IMG/VR virus record: IMGVR_UViG_3300035199_000659
Location: 1-64,000 of that record
DNA from: a virus
Strand: one strand, 5' to 3'
Length of the DNA stretch: 64,000 nucleotides
Positions 29,114-39,513 of this stretch are shown here, one piece after another (position 1 is the first letter of the stretch; each line of letters starts with the position of its first letter). The notes under the pieces were generated by a model. That model did no database searches. It was not told the DNA's origin and saw nothing but the letters and a program-made list of their open reading frames with translations. A program made the position numbers and the translations under genes.

Positions 29114-30665
29114 AATCTTCTACTCGGAACTTGAATACTTCTGACTGCTCGGACCATGATGCCAGTGCTGGATCATAGAAGGAGAATTTAAATGCGTACT
29201 GATACCCGGGTTGCAAAATAGACATATCAAAGTCAAAATAGTTTCCGGATACATCATGAGAGAGTGAGGTACACATGTCAGAGCCTGTTCCATATGGGAT
29301 TGCTTCATATGCATCTAGAATTCGAAAGACCCGATATGAGGCGCTAGCAATCGTAAGCACCTCTGGGTCGTTATTGGCAACCGTATAAATGGTCGGATCC
29401 CAGTTCTTGTTTCTAACATATAAATTGAATCTAGCGGTCTCGTTGCTTCTATAATTTTGCTTGAGATTCGTAATGTTCATAAAATATACCGGTTTTGCTA
29501 CGGTCTGGGCGGCGCTTAACACATTCGGCTTGATCGCGCCTGTAAAGTATTGTATACTGCCAGAATACCATACATCAAACAGGGGATTGACTACGGTCGT
29601 CGTGCCATCGCTCAAGGAGATCGACGTTGCAGCCAAGCACACAGAACAAGTATAGATGCCCTTGGATACCCATCCTCCGGTAGCCGGCGTGTACAAAATC
29701 TGTGACTGTGCGGAGCCTGATGGGACTGAGTTGTTTAGTGAGCCCGAGTATATGTTGACAAATATGGGATCGCCATTGTCGACGTTCGGGATATTTCTCA
29801 ATTCTCCTCGCACGTAGTTGTATAGATACAAGGTATTCATATTTTCTGCTGCAGTGGCCAAGGAGCTACTGTAGTAGAAATCTCCTCGATCATCATTTCG
29901 CACACTGTTCCAGCGCGCCTCTATAGCGGGGCGTTTGAAGTAGTATTGTGAGCCTCTTGCAAAGAATCGTTTAGTATAGTAAGATTTTGTAGCGCCTAAG
30001 CGGTTGTTCTGCACGCTCTGATCGGTGCCGACAGAGGCTGTGGCTCGAGCTTCATAGCTCGAAGATAATTTTACCCCCACACCATAGTTTGCAATGCCGC
30101 CGCCGCCGGCGCCTTTGATCCATCTTTCGACCAAGGGGGTTATATTGATCTCTAGATCTTCTAGACCGGTTTCAAATGTTTGTTCATACCGATAGTCAGC
30201 CGAACTTGACAACCAATCTCCGCCACCAGAAACCGAATTCCATCCGGCAGTGTTTGAGGCACTCATCCAATTGGCGCCCGTATTTCCCTTCGTTTCATCC
30301 TTATATGTATCCAGATCCAAGCCAACACCTTCTTGCCAATCTGTAAAGATGGGGTTCACAACCATCTTGAAATCGCGAGGTACAGTACGAGACGTTTTAG
30401 CCCCATAGAGCCTCAAGTAAAAGCTTACACTTCCACTGCCCGGGATTGTGCCGGCTGTTCTATCTGAAGAAATAGTTGCGGTGGGAAACTTCACCAAAGC
30501 ACGAGAAAGCTCCTGCGAGCCGGATGTAGCCCTTCCGTAAATCGAAAATACTTCCATGATATCCGCCATGCCCATATTGGAGCCTGTGCCACGTGTTTGT
30601 AAATTTGGTTTAAATGCGTTGACAATAGTGGTGTCTGCAGTGGCTTTATATCTCTTAATGGCCAT
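29103..30665 (-). CDS. Baseplate-associated structural protein (DNRLRE/disaggregatase-like N-terminal domain)
   Basis: ATADTTI...SRALVKF...YLRLY...WQEG...GGDW...INITPLVERW...NYG pattern; directly downstream of the gp6-like gene. Confidence 0.6.
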   Translation of the reverse strand: MAIKRYKATADTTIVNAFKPNLQTRGTGSNMGMADIMEVFSIYGRATSGSQELSRALVKFPTATISSDRTAGTIPGSGSVSFYLRLYGAKTSRTVPRDFKMVVNPIFTDWQEGVGLDLDTYKDETKGNTGANWMSASNTAGWNSVSGGGDWLSSSADYRYEQTFETGLEDLEINITPLVERWIKGAGGGGIANYGVGVKLSSSYEARATASVGTDQSVQNNRLGATKSYYTKRFFARGSQYYFKRPAIEARWNSVRNDDRGDFYYSSSLATAAENMNTLYLYNYVRGELRNIPNVDNGDPIFVNIYSGSLNNSVPSGSAQSQILYTPATGGWVSKGIYTCSVCLAATSISLSDGTTTVVNPLFDVWYSGSIQYFTGAIKPNVLSAAQTVAKPVYFMNITNLKQNYRSNETARFNLYVRNKNWDPTIYTVANNDPEVLTIASASYRVFRILDAYEAIPYGTGSDMCTSLSHDVSGNYFDFDMSILQPGYQYAFKFSFYDPALASWSEQSEVFKFRVEDYEY

Positions 30666-32461
30666 TATTTAACCTTTCCTATAATGTCGGTAGTCGGATA
30701 TTTTAATTCCACGACAGCGTTCTTCGGCACAATAACATATGTGCCGTCTGGGGACGTGTTATCATTAATATTAAAGCTAACTGCTGAGTAGTTGGCGCCG
30801 GCTTTGTTTATAATTGCCACTTGAGATACTTCTAAGACCCCAGAGACTTTGTTTAATTCGGCATAAAGCTCTACTACACTAAGGTGTTCGCCAATATAGG
30901 CATGTGTTTGAAACTTCTTGCGAAGAGCTGCATTACAGGACTCCAATAGATCATATTTGTCAACTCCGGTTTTCGGGCGCACAATGTATTGAATCCCAAA
31001 GTTGATGATATAAGCATCTAGAATATCAATTGTATCATTGATCATCCTGTGCTGATTAAGCCAAGTTTTTAAGTTCTTTTTAATGGTATTATTGCACAGG
31101 GTAAGGTGCCCGACCGCATCAATGGAAATAACATACATATTCAAGTTGCGTTTACGTTCATCAGGGTCGCGCTGGACTGAACATCTTTTTACAGCGCCGT
31201 ACTTCTCTGGCATCCGATACGAAAGATTTTCATAATCCGCCTGTGTCACAGCCCTGTTTTGAGTTGGAAAAGTATCAAAAATCTTTCTTTTAATCTCATC
31301 AGATGTTAATTCAGCAACATTGCCAACTATCGGCTCTTCATTGCTGACCTCAAGCGATTGCCTGACTTCGTCCATAAGGCCCGAATCAAGATCTTGTGGG
31401 TTGCTAAATTCAAAAATGCTGTTTCCAACTTCGTTCAAAGTGGCCACTGCGGCATTCGAGTTTGCTGGGTTCGTGATCCGATAAACCACATTCAACGTTG
31501 TGTTGGATGGCACAACACCATAGCTTTCATTTTGGCTCAATCGCGTGGGATCAAACGTGGTGTCCGTAATATAATCTTTCCCAAAAATATCCATAGCCAC
31601 CGCTCCCGGGTCAGCTATAATATTAGTTCCGGCGGCCTGACCACTTCCAAATTGAATAACGGTGTTGGAGCGGCCGCGCTCGACGACAAACTTTCTTGAC
31701 ACCAGATATGGCTTCAAAATTGATGGAACATTATCGTTCCTGAAATTCATGTTTGGCACTTCTCTAAAAATCATATCTTGTGAAAGGTAGTCTACTTCAT
31801 AGTATTCATTCCCCTCTGAGTCAGTAATAGAAATGATCTCGCTCATATTAGGGTTGGAAATACCCACCTTTTTAAATCTCTCATAAGCTCCAACTTTAAT
31901 CTGCTCGCGAGTAAAATAGCCCGATACAACGTTGCCATACGCTTTAATTGCATAGTATGTTGGGGCGCCAGTAATTGTGTTGGTTCTGGCAGCAACAATG
32001 GCGTTTTGTGGATTGGTGAAATCGACATTAGCAGTCAAAACAAAGTTTAAACCACCTGTGGTGCTAAATCGTGTTCCCCGCTTGAGAATGGGGGTGTACC
32101 TGAGATCTGGACCAATACCAGTCGCACTAGCAGGCACTAGAACATACATCGAAACTGTTCCGAAGGTCGATGGGCGGCCGCGGTTTTTATATCCCAGTGC
32201 GCGGCCGTGGCGGACAATATTATCATACTGGTATGCGGTGTCCAGAAACGCCTCATTGACATTGTAGTCTAAGTAAAAGTTTAGCTGGTCAGCCACATAT
32301 GCGACAGCATCAACCATCATGGCCCCAAACGAACCTTCGCTAAAATCTCTGAAGGAATCTGGATAAAGCCTTTCCGCTACTTGTACAAGATCACTACGGA
32401 TTGATTGGAACTCTCTATGTGTGTAGTCGATAGGGACTATCTTTTTTTGGTCATCTGACAT
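30665..32461 (-). CDS. Baseplate wedge protein, T4 gp6 / P2 J-like
   Basis: IDYTHREFQSIRSDL, NEAFLDTA, IQFGSG, QNRAVTQADYE. Confidence 0.9.
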   Translation of the reverse strand: MSDDQKKIVPIDYTHREFQSIRSDLVQVAERLYPDSFRDFSEGSFGAMMVDAVAYVADQLNFYLDYNVNEAFLDTAYQYDNIVRHGRALGYKNRGRPSTFGTVSMYVLVPASATGIGPDLRYTPILKRGTRFSTTGGLNFVLTANVDFTNPQNAIVAARTNTITGAPTYYAIKAYGNVVSGYFTREQIKVGAYERFKKVGISNPNMSEIISITDSEGNEYYEVDYLSQDMIFREVPNMNFRNDNVPSILKPYLVSRKFVVERGRSNTVIQFGSGQAAGTNIIADPGAVAMDIFGKDYITDTTFDPTRLSQNESYGVVPSNTTLNVVYRITNPANSNAAVATLNEVGNSIFEFSNPQDLDSGLMDEVRQSLEVSNEEPIVGNVAELTSDEIKRKIFDTFPTQNRAVTQADYENLSYRMPEKYGAVKRCSVQRDPDERKRNLNMYVISIDAVGHLTLCNNTIKKNLKTWLNQHRMINDTIDILDAYIINFGIQYIVRPKTGVDKYDLLESCNAALRKKFQTHAYIGEHLSVVELYAELNKVSGVLEVSQVAIINKAGANYSAVSFNINDNTSPDGTYVIVPKNAVVELKYPTTDIIGKVK

Positions 32462-32476
32462 AAAAAACCCTCATTT

Positions 32477-32486
32477 TTTAAATAGT
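32477..32486 (-). promoter_or_regulatory. Putative late promoter (ACTATTTAAA)
   Basis: Overlaps the gp25 stop, 16 nt upstream of the gp6 ATG. Confidence 0.5.
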
Positions 32487-32846
32487 TATTTCTAATAAAT
32501 CTGTCGAGCCTATTCGTGGAATCGAATACTTCACCGCAACATTCAAAATGTTAGAATCTTGATCGGCAGCACTAAACATTATATCCCCAATAGTAATATA
32601 GGGCATATACATTGTTACCTGAGCCCTGATGGCATCATCCATTTGGCTATATGTATTTCCATTAAACGCCTCAAACAAAAAAGTTTTTAATCCAACGCCG
32701 TATTCGGGTTCCATGACCCTTTCTCCCGGGATAGTCAATAGGAGCATCTTTAAATTTTGTTTCACTAAGGCCGAAAAGTCGCGGATGACTGTGAATCCGT
32801 CTGATGAGTCCCGAGTTATCGGCAGTGCTGGGGCATAACTTGACAT
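32478..32846 (-). CDS. Baseplate wedge protein, T4 gp25 / P2 W-like
   Basis: VKQNLKMLLLTIPGERVMEPEYGVGL..FLFE is the gp25/GPW signature. Confidence 0.92.
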   Translation of the reverse strand: MSSYAPALPITRDSSDGFTVIRDFSALVKQNLKMLLLTIPGERVMEPEYGVGLKTFLFEAFNGNTYSQMDDAIRAQVTMYMPYITIGDIMFSAADQDSNILNVAVKYSIPRIGSTDLLEITI

Positions 32847-32865
32847 TATATTTTGATTCCTTTAC

Positions 32866-32875
32866 TATAAATATC
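32866..32875 (-). promoter_or_regulatory. Putative late promoter (GATATTTATA)
   Basis: 20 nt upstream of the gp25 ATG, ahead of an AAGGA SD. Confidence 0.55.
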
Positions 32876-35800
32876 ACACATCTTTCTTTTCGCACAACTC
32901 ATCTTTAGCATTAAACGGGTTGCTCTTGAGTCTCTTGCGCTGCCACCATGGTATAAGCTGTCTGCCCGGGGCAGGTCGAAGGGCATCAAGAAGCTTCTTA
33001 AAGGCGATAGCGGCTGGTCCTCCCTCGGTTGATTTACCAATCTGGTCAGGATCAAAGTCCCGGGAATAATAATAAGCTTTAAAGATCTTTTTAATTCGCG
33101 AATTAGAGTTGGTGAGTAATTCTCGATCCCAATTGTCCCACTCCATGACACCTATGCCGCCTAAGAAATTGGGCGTACGATCTTTCTTGGAAGCCCACGC
33201 GCCGTCGGTATTACTGTCTCCAAGCGGGTTGTCCACTTCATCGGAGAACAGGGAGACACTCGTAACTTTGCCGTCTTCTTCTTTAGTCTCTTTCCACATG
33301 CCCGGCTTTGTGGAAGAGTCATAATCTAGGTTTCCTTTGAACGATGTTTCACCATTGGCTACAGTGACCTCACCAATAGAGGGCAGCATCCCCATATCGT
33401 TGTATATCGCCGCAACTGATAACAAGTGCGCGGAACCAAAGATGTATCGTGTAAGTAACTGGAACTCATCGCTTTCTTTCATTGTGTTGATGAGACACAA
33501 GAGGTTCTTGCTGTTTCCTGTTAGGGTTCGGAAGTCTCTAACCTTAAGATCTAGCGCGTCGATTTCTGTTTTAATCATGGTGTAGGCGGATCCGTCGATA
33601 TCTAATCGTAGTCGCAAGCCGTAGCGGACCCCCAACTTGCCCTCGATCCCAACAGCTTCACCGTCATCGTTCTCCACTACGCTCATGGTACCGGGGTAAA
33701 TCTCTGACAACAGAGTATCGGGATCGTTCGCAGCAATTAATTCGGCGGCGATGTCCGGTGCATATTTGGAGCCATCAACGGAGATGTATTTTTCAAGGAT
33801 TAAAGGTTGCGCTGTGCTCCCCATGGCCACTGTGGTGCCATAGTCGCCAACGGTTCCGATCGGCACTGTAATCATGTTAGCTAGCGGCTTCAGAACGTCG
33901 TGTGCTTCTTCGGAGTGATATTCACCGGCCATATAAACTTTGGCGTAATCTTCGTCAATATGCACATGATAGTAGCCGATATATTCTTGACCAACTTGAT
34001 ATCCAGAATCGTCATTGTCTTCTTCAACAACAAGTTCACCACCATAAGTATAGTATGGTTCAGACGCGTCTTCATTGTCTTCATAAGGCACTTCAGGTAG
34101 ACCTCCGTAAGTAGCCTTAAACGTGCCATCGGGATTTATTGCCGAGTTAAGAGTAAGTTCGCTGCCGCGGACCATATTCTCTAAAATATAGTAGCCCATA
34201 TCAACAACGTCGGGTGCCAAATTTAGCCTAGCGAAATTCTCTTCAAGCTTCGTGGACATAAAATCAAGCTGCTGTTTCACCAATTCTTTCATAACAAGTT
34301 TGGCGTCTTCCTCTGTAGCTCGAATGGCTTCCAAGTTTTTATCCGTACGATAGCTTTCTAAAGTCTGAAACGTGCCGGCGTCGTCGGTCGCCTTGGCCAC
34401 TTTCAAATCTTCTTTGTTGGGATAGAGGAAATCCTCTTGCAAATCATTGAGCCTAAAGAGGGCTTCAAGAACATCCGGCGATGGGTTTACGAGGCCTGCA
34501 TCAATTTGCATGTTATACATTTGGACACACGTCTCTAAAAACGCATACCAAAACTCAGTATCTTTGAACGTGTTAAACACTTCCCAGAAGGCCGGCTGGG
34601 CGTCCAAGAAGCCCGCTTCCATGTTCTCTACAATGTAAGATGCATATGCGGATCCAAACAGATCTGGGAATTTGGGAGAGAACTTAGTAAACGTCGGCAG
34701 CGTTTTAATCATGTGAACACTCACGTGAATGCGAATTGCTGCTATAACCAAGCCGTACAGGCCTGCTTTTGCCGAGCGATCTAATATCCTATTATATGGC
34801 ACTTCTAAAATGCAATCGGGATCGCTTTTAAGGCGCTCATCTTCAGACAGAGAGGGATATATTCTGCTCATCTCATCTTGAATCTGCCCAAAGTCAATCA
34901 TGTCAGTAGTCTGAGGTTTACAAGGGCTGAGTTCTGGGAAAAAAGCATCCACAACGCCCATCCAGCCAATTGGTTTTATGGGCTTAATATAAATCGGAGG
35001 GTTCATATAGTTGCCACCAAATTTTGCAGGATCGAGGTAATATACGCGTGTAAGTTCTGGGGTGCCGGCTTGCTCCATCTCATATTGATTCCTACTCATT
35101 CCCAGTACCATGTCTGTATTGGAATAATCTGTGTCGCTGTAAAGGGTGAATCCGCCCTCCTTCACGCCATATTCGATGTCTTCTTCTGTTAAGCCATCAA
35201 TTTGGGCTCCGTAGGACCAAGCCGTTTCGTTTGTTGCCACATCTGGATCTGCAATAGTGTACATAATGTTGGCTAAGAAATCCTTCATAACGTCGGATCT
35301 TAACGACTTAACTGTCGAATTGGGGATATCGTGGCCATTGTTTTCTAGCATCTCGGCTAACAAAATTGTTTGGGGCGTGAAATTAGTTTTTGACTGAAAC
35401 GAAGCCAAGAAGCTTGGGTAGTTCTCTAAAGTTTGTGCAATCGTGTCGCTAATTCCTGTTAGGGTGTCATCAACAGCTAAGAACTCAAAGACTGTTGATT
35501 TAATAACGGCGTCTTCTCCAATATCTTGTGTCACTTCTTCATTGTCGTAGCCGGCGGCGGTCTCGGGTGGGTCGCCGCCTAGGCTGCCAAAACTGAGGCC
35601 CTCATTTGGATCTCCGACTGCGCCGGCATCAAGTGACATATTGGTTCGGGCGCCCATATTGTATCGATCTACAATCTTGATTCTCATGTTATCGCTTTTT
35701 CTGTTAGTTATTTGGCCTTCTTCGTTCTCATATAAGTCCGAGAAATAAGCCTTGATGTCAAATCCATAACCATATACTGATTGATTGCCGTTGGGCCCAG

Positions 35801-38800
35801 AAGCCATCCCGGCAGCATTATCGCTGAAAGATACTGATATATCTGCATCGGCTTTTCGGCCTTCGGCAGTAAATGCAATCCCCGACATGTCGCCGTCGCT
35901 GTCAACCATTGCTTTCATTGTTATGTCGTAGCCCATATCCGGCAAGTTAACCAAATCTAGGTTATTGCCGAACAAGCTGTCCATATCTAAATCTGCTAAT
36001 GATTTAGTCCAAGAAGAAGCCTCTTTCCACTCGTTATTAGGATCGACAGAGATTGAACCTGCGACATCGGTCATGACATCTTGTAGCCATGCGCCCACCT
36101 TTGTGGGAAATGCACCCTTTTGGAATAAGACTGTCCACGGCAACAGGGCTAAAGCGACCGGTGCAGCAAATATAGCAATAGGGGCATATTCTTCAAGCTT
36201 GGGGTTCCAACCGCCATTATAATCGGTATACATGGGATTGAATGAAGCTTTACGCATATGTGCGGTTAGAGGGTTACCCATCGTATCTGAAAGCATCATG
36301 TTGACTAATCCCCAGTTGCCTTGGCCGGGGCCGTTGCCCAACATATCAGTGCCGTAATCGACCTTTAACTGCTCTAAAACATTCCCAAGGCCAGCGGTAA
36401 CTGTGGCAGTCGTAACTGCGGGTTCATATGGAAGAAGGCCATTGTCGCATCCCGGATCGGAATAAGTTGGGGGCATTTGTTCGCCGAGGTATTGTTCAAG
36501 GGCTTCTGGAGATGAGATAGCCTGAAGGACTGTACTAAGGTCCCCTAAGTCATCCAGCATCTGCTCTTTCACGCTACTGTGCATCTTCTCACACTGCGCT
36601 GGGGAAGCGCGGCCTTCGAGGTAGGCGCACTGAAGCTCTTGGAATTCTGCCAGTTTGGCTGGGTCTGCACAGATTGAAGGATGTGCCGGCATATCATCAG
36701 GCATTGATTCTAATTGGTCTCGTAATGAAGCCCTAAAAGACGCCGGAAACAAGACACCCATATTACTCATAAAGCTGCCAATTGCCTCTTTGTTTGGAAG
36801 CGCTTCGCGAAAGGCTGGTGAGGTCTCATATTCTATATAACTATCAATGATTGTGAGTGTGTCACTAGTGGCTTCACCGAGCAGAGCTTGTGTAAGCTCA
36901 GCATTGGTAAGGGACATTGATATTCCTTGGGCGAATTGGAGTGAGGCCTCTCTGTCGGCGAGGGCGGCGCCGCCCACTCCAAGCTGTGCAACCATTTCTG
37001 CGATCGTGTCATCAACCTGATCTTGGTCTGCGTCTGGGCCACAAATTGAGTCTTTGATAACGTTGCTCAAGTTGTCGCGGCCAGACAACAAGTCCGGTAA
37101 CGAGGCGGCGATATCGCCAACAGTACCCAGTGCATTACAAATCGCATTTCCGAGCAATTCACACAGTTTTACTATGAGACGAACCAAAATCTTAATAATC
37201 ACCATCTGAATGGCATACATAAGTGCTTGGTATAGCATCCAAAGCAAGTCTTTAATCTTTGGGTACCACGCGCTAATATTGACCAGCTTGGGCCAGTTAA
37301 TCTCGTTAACATTCTTGCATATTGGAAGCTCAATGTCATTCATCCAGTCCATAAGGCCGGGCTGGAAAAGAGGAGGGCGGGGGCAATCCATAAGTGCGAT
37401 GATGGTCGCGATCAGCTGGGCGCCCGGGAAGCGGTTTAGCTCATCGGCGAGTGATAATAGGTCATTACCATAAACTTCCAGAACTGCTTTAATATAGGCT
37501 TCTAAAATTGCTGAATCCCAGCCGGGGCCCAGAGCGCCATCAGCATTAACGCTCAAGGTTCCAGTTCCAGTGCCAGAGTCATAATTGACTGCCAGTGTTC
37601 TACGACCGTCTGCGACTGGGGCTCCCACATTGGTGGATGCATCAGGCTTGTTTTTATCAGCCTCTTTTTGGGCCATTCGGCTAGTCCAATCGGCTAAGGA
37701 GGGTAGTTGTATATCGCCGGCGATGCCATCAGATAAGTTTTGGGCAAGAGAGCCTTCCGGGAATACATCCCCGTCTTGAATCTTCTTCTTCGCCAATTCT
37801 CCAATTTCTTGTTGCTTTTCATATGGAAGCCCAACGAACAAGTCGCCCAAGTTGTTAATAGACATAGCTCTAAGGCCAGATTCAAGCACTTTCGCCAGAA
37901 CCTCCTCAAGACTGAGTCCCGAAAACAAACATGTGATAGCTTCCATTAAAATATCGAAAAGGCCGCAGATTTTAATATCATTAAACCCATTCTTCCACAA
38001 CATATCCAACTGCTTCTCTGCAGAAAGAGGGCCAGCGGCGCCGGCAACTCCAGATGCCACGGGGCCGGGTGGCAGCATCGATGATGCAACATGGGCGCAC
38101 AAGGAGACAAACGGGCTTTCAGATGCGTTTAATTCTTTGAAGGCTTGCTCAGTGGCAAATGCGGAGATGTTCTTTTCGTTTTCGCGTTGAGGTGTGAGCG
38201 GATTGTCTGACATTGACCGGTCGACCACAACACCAAGCCTAACATCTTCATCTAATTTCTCACCTAAAGAAGCCTTGCATATTTGTTCGTGAAATTTAAA
38301 CGCAATAGCATCGCCAATACTAAACACGTCGTCTAAGATATCTTCGCCCAATTGTTTGGCTTCCTCTTGAAGGGCCTCTTGAACACACCCAAGCGCATCT
38401 TGCTCAAGACTTTCTTCATCCTGTGTTGCGTATATCTCAGGATGGGTATATTCTGTTAAAAATTCGATCCATGGTTGCGGAGTTCTGGCTGTAAGGGCGG
38501 CCTCCATCTCTCTAAGTTTGGTGAAATATGCCATGGCTGTTCGGTCTTTCCAAGCCGATTTTGAAAGCAGCTCTTTGGCTTTGCTGTTGAATGTTTGCTT
38601 ATCCTCTCCGCAGCCTTCCGTATAAAACTCAATCTTTTTGATTTTATATTTATAATCAAAGGTGAATGTAATCTCTGTGACGGCATTGTTGCCATTAAAA
38701 ACTTCTGAAAAGTATCCACCTACGTTAGGGATATTGTAGCCATATTTATTAAGGACACCATCAAGCTCTGGTAATATTTTAGACATGACTGCTTTATCGC

Positions 38801-39491
38801 CGCCCCATCCGATGTCTCCATAATTCTCTAAATTGAAAATCTTGTTCCCATCGGAGAATTTTAAGTTTCCTTTCTCGATGGCACGATAGACTTTTAGATA
38901 TCTGTTGTATAGATTCAGGCCCTTTCGCACCTTCAACATCATAGGATCTATTTCATGGGCGGAAAAGCTGACGACGATATCACTTGTATCTTCCTCTTCG
39001 TCGTCCTCATCTGAATCTCGGGCGGGCAACTCTTCCAAAGCGTCGTACGGAACAGAATACAATAATTTTAGGCGTGTTTTGTGTCTGGCCTTGAGCCAGT
39101 AATCAGTATACTCTATGACCTCTCTTATCACCTCAACACTCGCAGCGCTGTTGTCTTTATCGTGAGTCTCTAGAAGTGTCTCGATAGCTTCGTCTTCATA
39201 CTCCTTAAATATTTCATCAAGAGCAGCCTGTTCCTCATCTTCTGTGGCGCCGGGGAAGGTACCCGTGGTCATATGTTTTGCGGCAGTGATTGTAATCTGA
39301 TACTTACAATTCTTTTCGTTCAAGAACGATTCAAACTTGTCCTTTTCTCGCCAGTTGGGCACCAAAGCATTAGAATTGGGTTCACACCCCGGGCAATATT
39401 TTGGCTCTGTGGCAGCAAATTTTTCTGGGCAGTCATCATTTTGACCGTCGCCGTTAGCGTCCTGAAATGGCAGGAACTTTGATTCTGACAT
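32874..39491 (-). CDS. Very large acidic virion protein (2205 aa) between spike and wedge genes
   Basis: Long ORF, largely helical by composition, with two hydrophobic segments; function not assignable. Confidence 0.7.
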   Translation of the reverse strand: MSESKFLPFQDANGDGQNDDCPEKFAATEPKYCPGCEPNSNALVPNWREKDKFESFLNEKNCKYQITITAAKHMTTGTFPGATEDEEQAALDEIFKEYEDEAIETLLETHDKDNSAASVEVIREVIEYTDYWLKARHKTRLKLLYSVPYDALEELPARDSDEDDEEEDTSDIVVSFSAHEIDPMMLKVRKGLNLYNRYLKVYRAIEKGNLKFSDGNKIFNLENYGDIGWGGDKAVMSKILPELDGVLNKYGYNIPNVGGYFSEVFNGNNAVTEITFTFDYKYKIKKIEFYTEGCGEDKQTFNSKAKELLSKSAWKDRTAMAYFTKLREMEAALTARTPQPWIEFLTEYTHPEIYATQDEESLEQDALGCVQEALQEEAKQLGEDILDDVFSIGDAIAFKFHEQICKASLGEKLDEDVRLGVVVDRSMSDNPLTPQRENEKNISAFATEQAFKELNASESPFVSLCAHVASSMLPPGPVASGVAGAAGPLSAEKQLDMLWKNGFNDIKICGLFDILMEAITCLFSGLSLEEVLAKVLESGLRAMSINNLGDLFVGLPYEKQQEIGELAKKKIQDGDVFPEGSLAQNLSDGIAGDIQLPSLADWTSRMAQKEADKNKPDASTNVGAPVADGRRTLAVNYDSGTGTGTLSVNADGALGPGWDSAILEAYIKAVLEVYGNDLLSLADELNRFPGAQLIATIIALMDCPRPPLFQPGLMDWMNDIELPICKNVNEINWPKLVNISAWYPKIKDLLWMLYQALMYAIQMVIIKILVRLIVKLCELLGNAICNALGTVGDIAASLPDLLSGRDNLSNVIKDSICGPDADQDQVDDTIAEMVAQLGVGGAALADREASLQFAQGISMSLTNAELTQALLGEATSDTLTIIDSYIEYETSPAFREALPNKEAIGSFMSNMGVLFPASFRASLRDQLESMPDDMPAHPSICADPAKLAEFQELQCAYLEGRASPAQCEKMHSSVKEQMLDDLGDLSTVLQAISSPEALEQYLGEQMPPTYSDPGCDNGLLPYEPAVTTATVTAGLGNVLEQLKVDYGTDMLGNGPGQGNWGLVNMMLSDTMGNPLTAHMRKASFNPMYTDYNGGWNPKLEEYAPIAIFAAPVALALLPWTVLFQKGAFPTKVGAWLQDVMTDVAGSISVDPNNEWKEASSWTKSLADLDMDSLFGNNLDLVNLPDMGYDITMKAMVDSDGDMSGIAFTAEGRKADADISVSFSDNAAGMASGPNGNQSVYGYGFDIKAYFSDLYENEEGQITNRKSDNMRIKIVDRYNMGARTNMSLDAGAVGDPNEGLSFGSLGGDPPETAAGYDNEEVTQDIGEDAVIKSTVFEFLAVDDTLTGISDTIAQTLENYPSFLASFQSKTNFTPQTILLAEMLENNGHDIPNSTVKSLRSDVMKDFLANIMYTIADPDVATNETAWSYGAQIDGLTEEDIEYGVKEGGFTLYSDTDYSNTDMVLGMSRNQYEMEQAGTPELTRVYYLDPAKFGGNYMNPPIYIKPIKPIGWMGVVDAFFPELSPCKPQTTDMIDFGQIQDEMSRIYPSLSEDERLKSDPDCILEVPYNRILDRSAKAGLYGLVIAAIRIHVSVHMIKTLPTFTKFSPKFPDLFGSAYASYIVENMEAGFLDAQPAFWEVFNTFKDTEFWYAFLETCVQMYNMQIDAGLVNPSPDVLEALFRLNDLQEDFLYPNKEDLKVAKATDDAGTFQTLESYRTDKNLEAIRATEEDAKLVMKELVKQQLDFMSTKLEENFARLNLAPDVVDMGYYILENMVRGSELTLNSAINPDGTFKATYGGLPEVPYEDNEDASEPYYTYGGELVVEEDNDDSGYQVGQEYIGYYHVHIDEDYAKVYMAGEYHSEEAHDVLKPLANMITVPIGTVGDYGTTVAMGSTAQPLILEKYISVDGSKYAPDIAAELIAANDPDTLLSEIYPGTMSVVENDDGEAVGIEGKLGVRYGLRLRLDIDGSAYTMIKTEIDALDLKVRDFRTLTGNSKNLLCLINTMKESDEFQLLTRYIFGSAHLLSVAAIYNDMGMLPSIGEVTVANGETSFKGNLDYDSSTKPGMWKETKEEDGKVTSVSLFSDEVDNPLGDSNTDGAWASKKDRTPNFLGGIGVMEWDNWDRELLTNSNSRIKKIFKAYYYSRDFDPDQIGKSTEGGPAAIAFKKLLDALRPAPGRQLIPWWQRKRLKSNPFNAKDELCEKKDV

Positions 39492-39503
39492 GTCTTACCT
39501 TTT

Positions 39504-39513
39504 ATTAATTAGT
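39504..39513 (-). promoter_or_regulatory. Putative late promoter (ACTAATTAAT)
   Basis: Overlaps the upstream stop, 13 nt before the ATG at 39491. Confidence 0.5.

Noticed and set aside
32846-33151. 101-aa minus-strand ORF ending at the gp25 start
   Set aside because: It lies almost entirely in another frame of the 2205-aa gene's 3' end, and its tail covers the gp25 promoter motif and SD.
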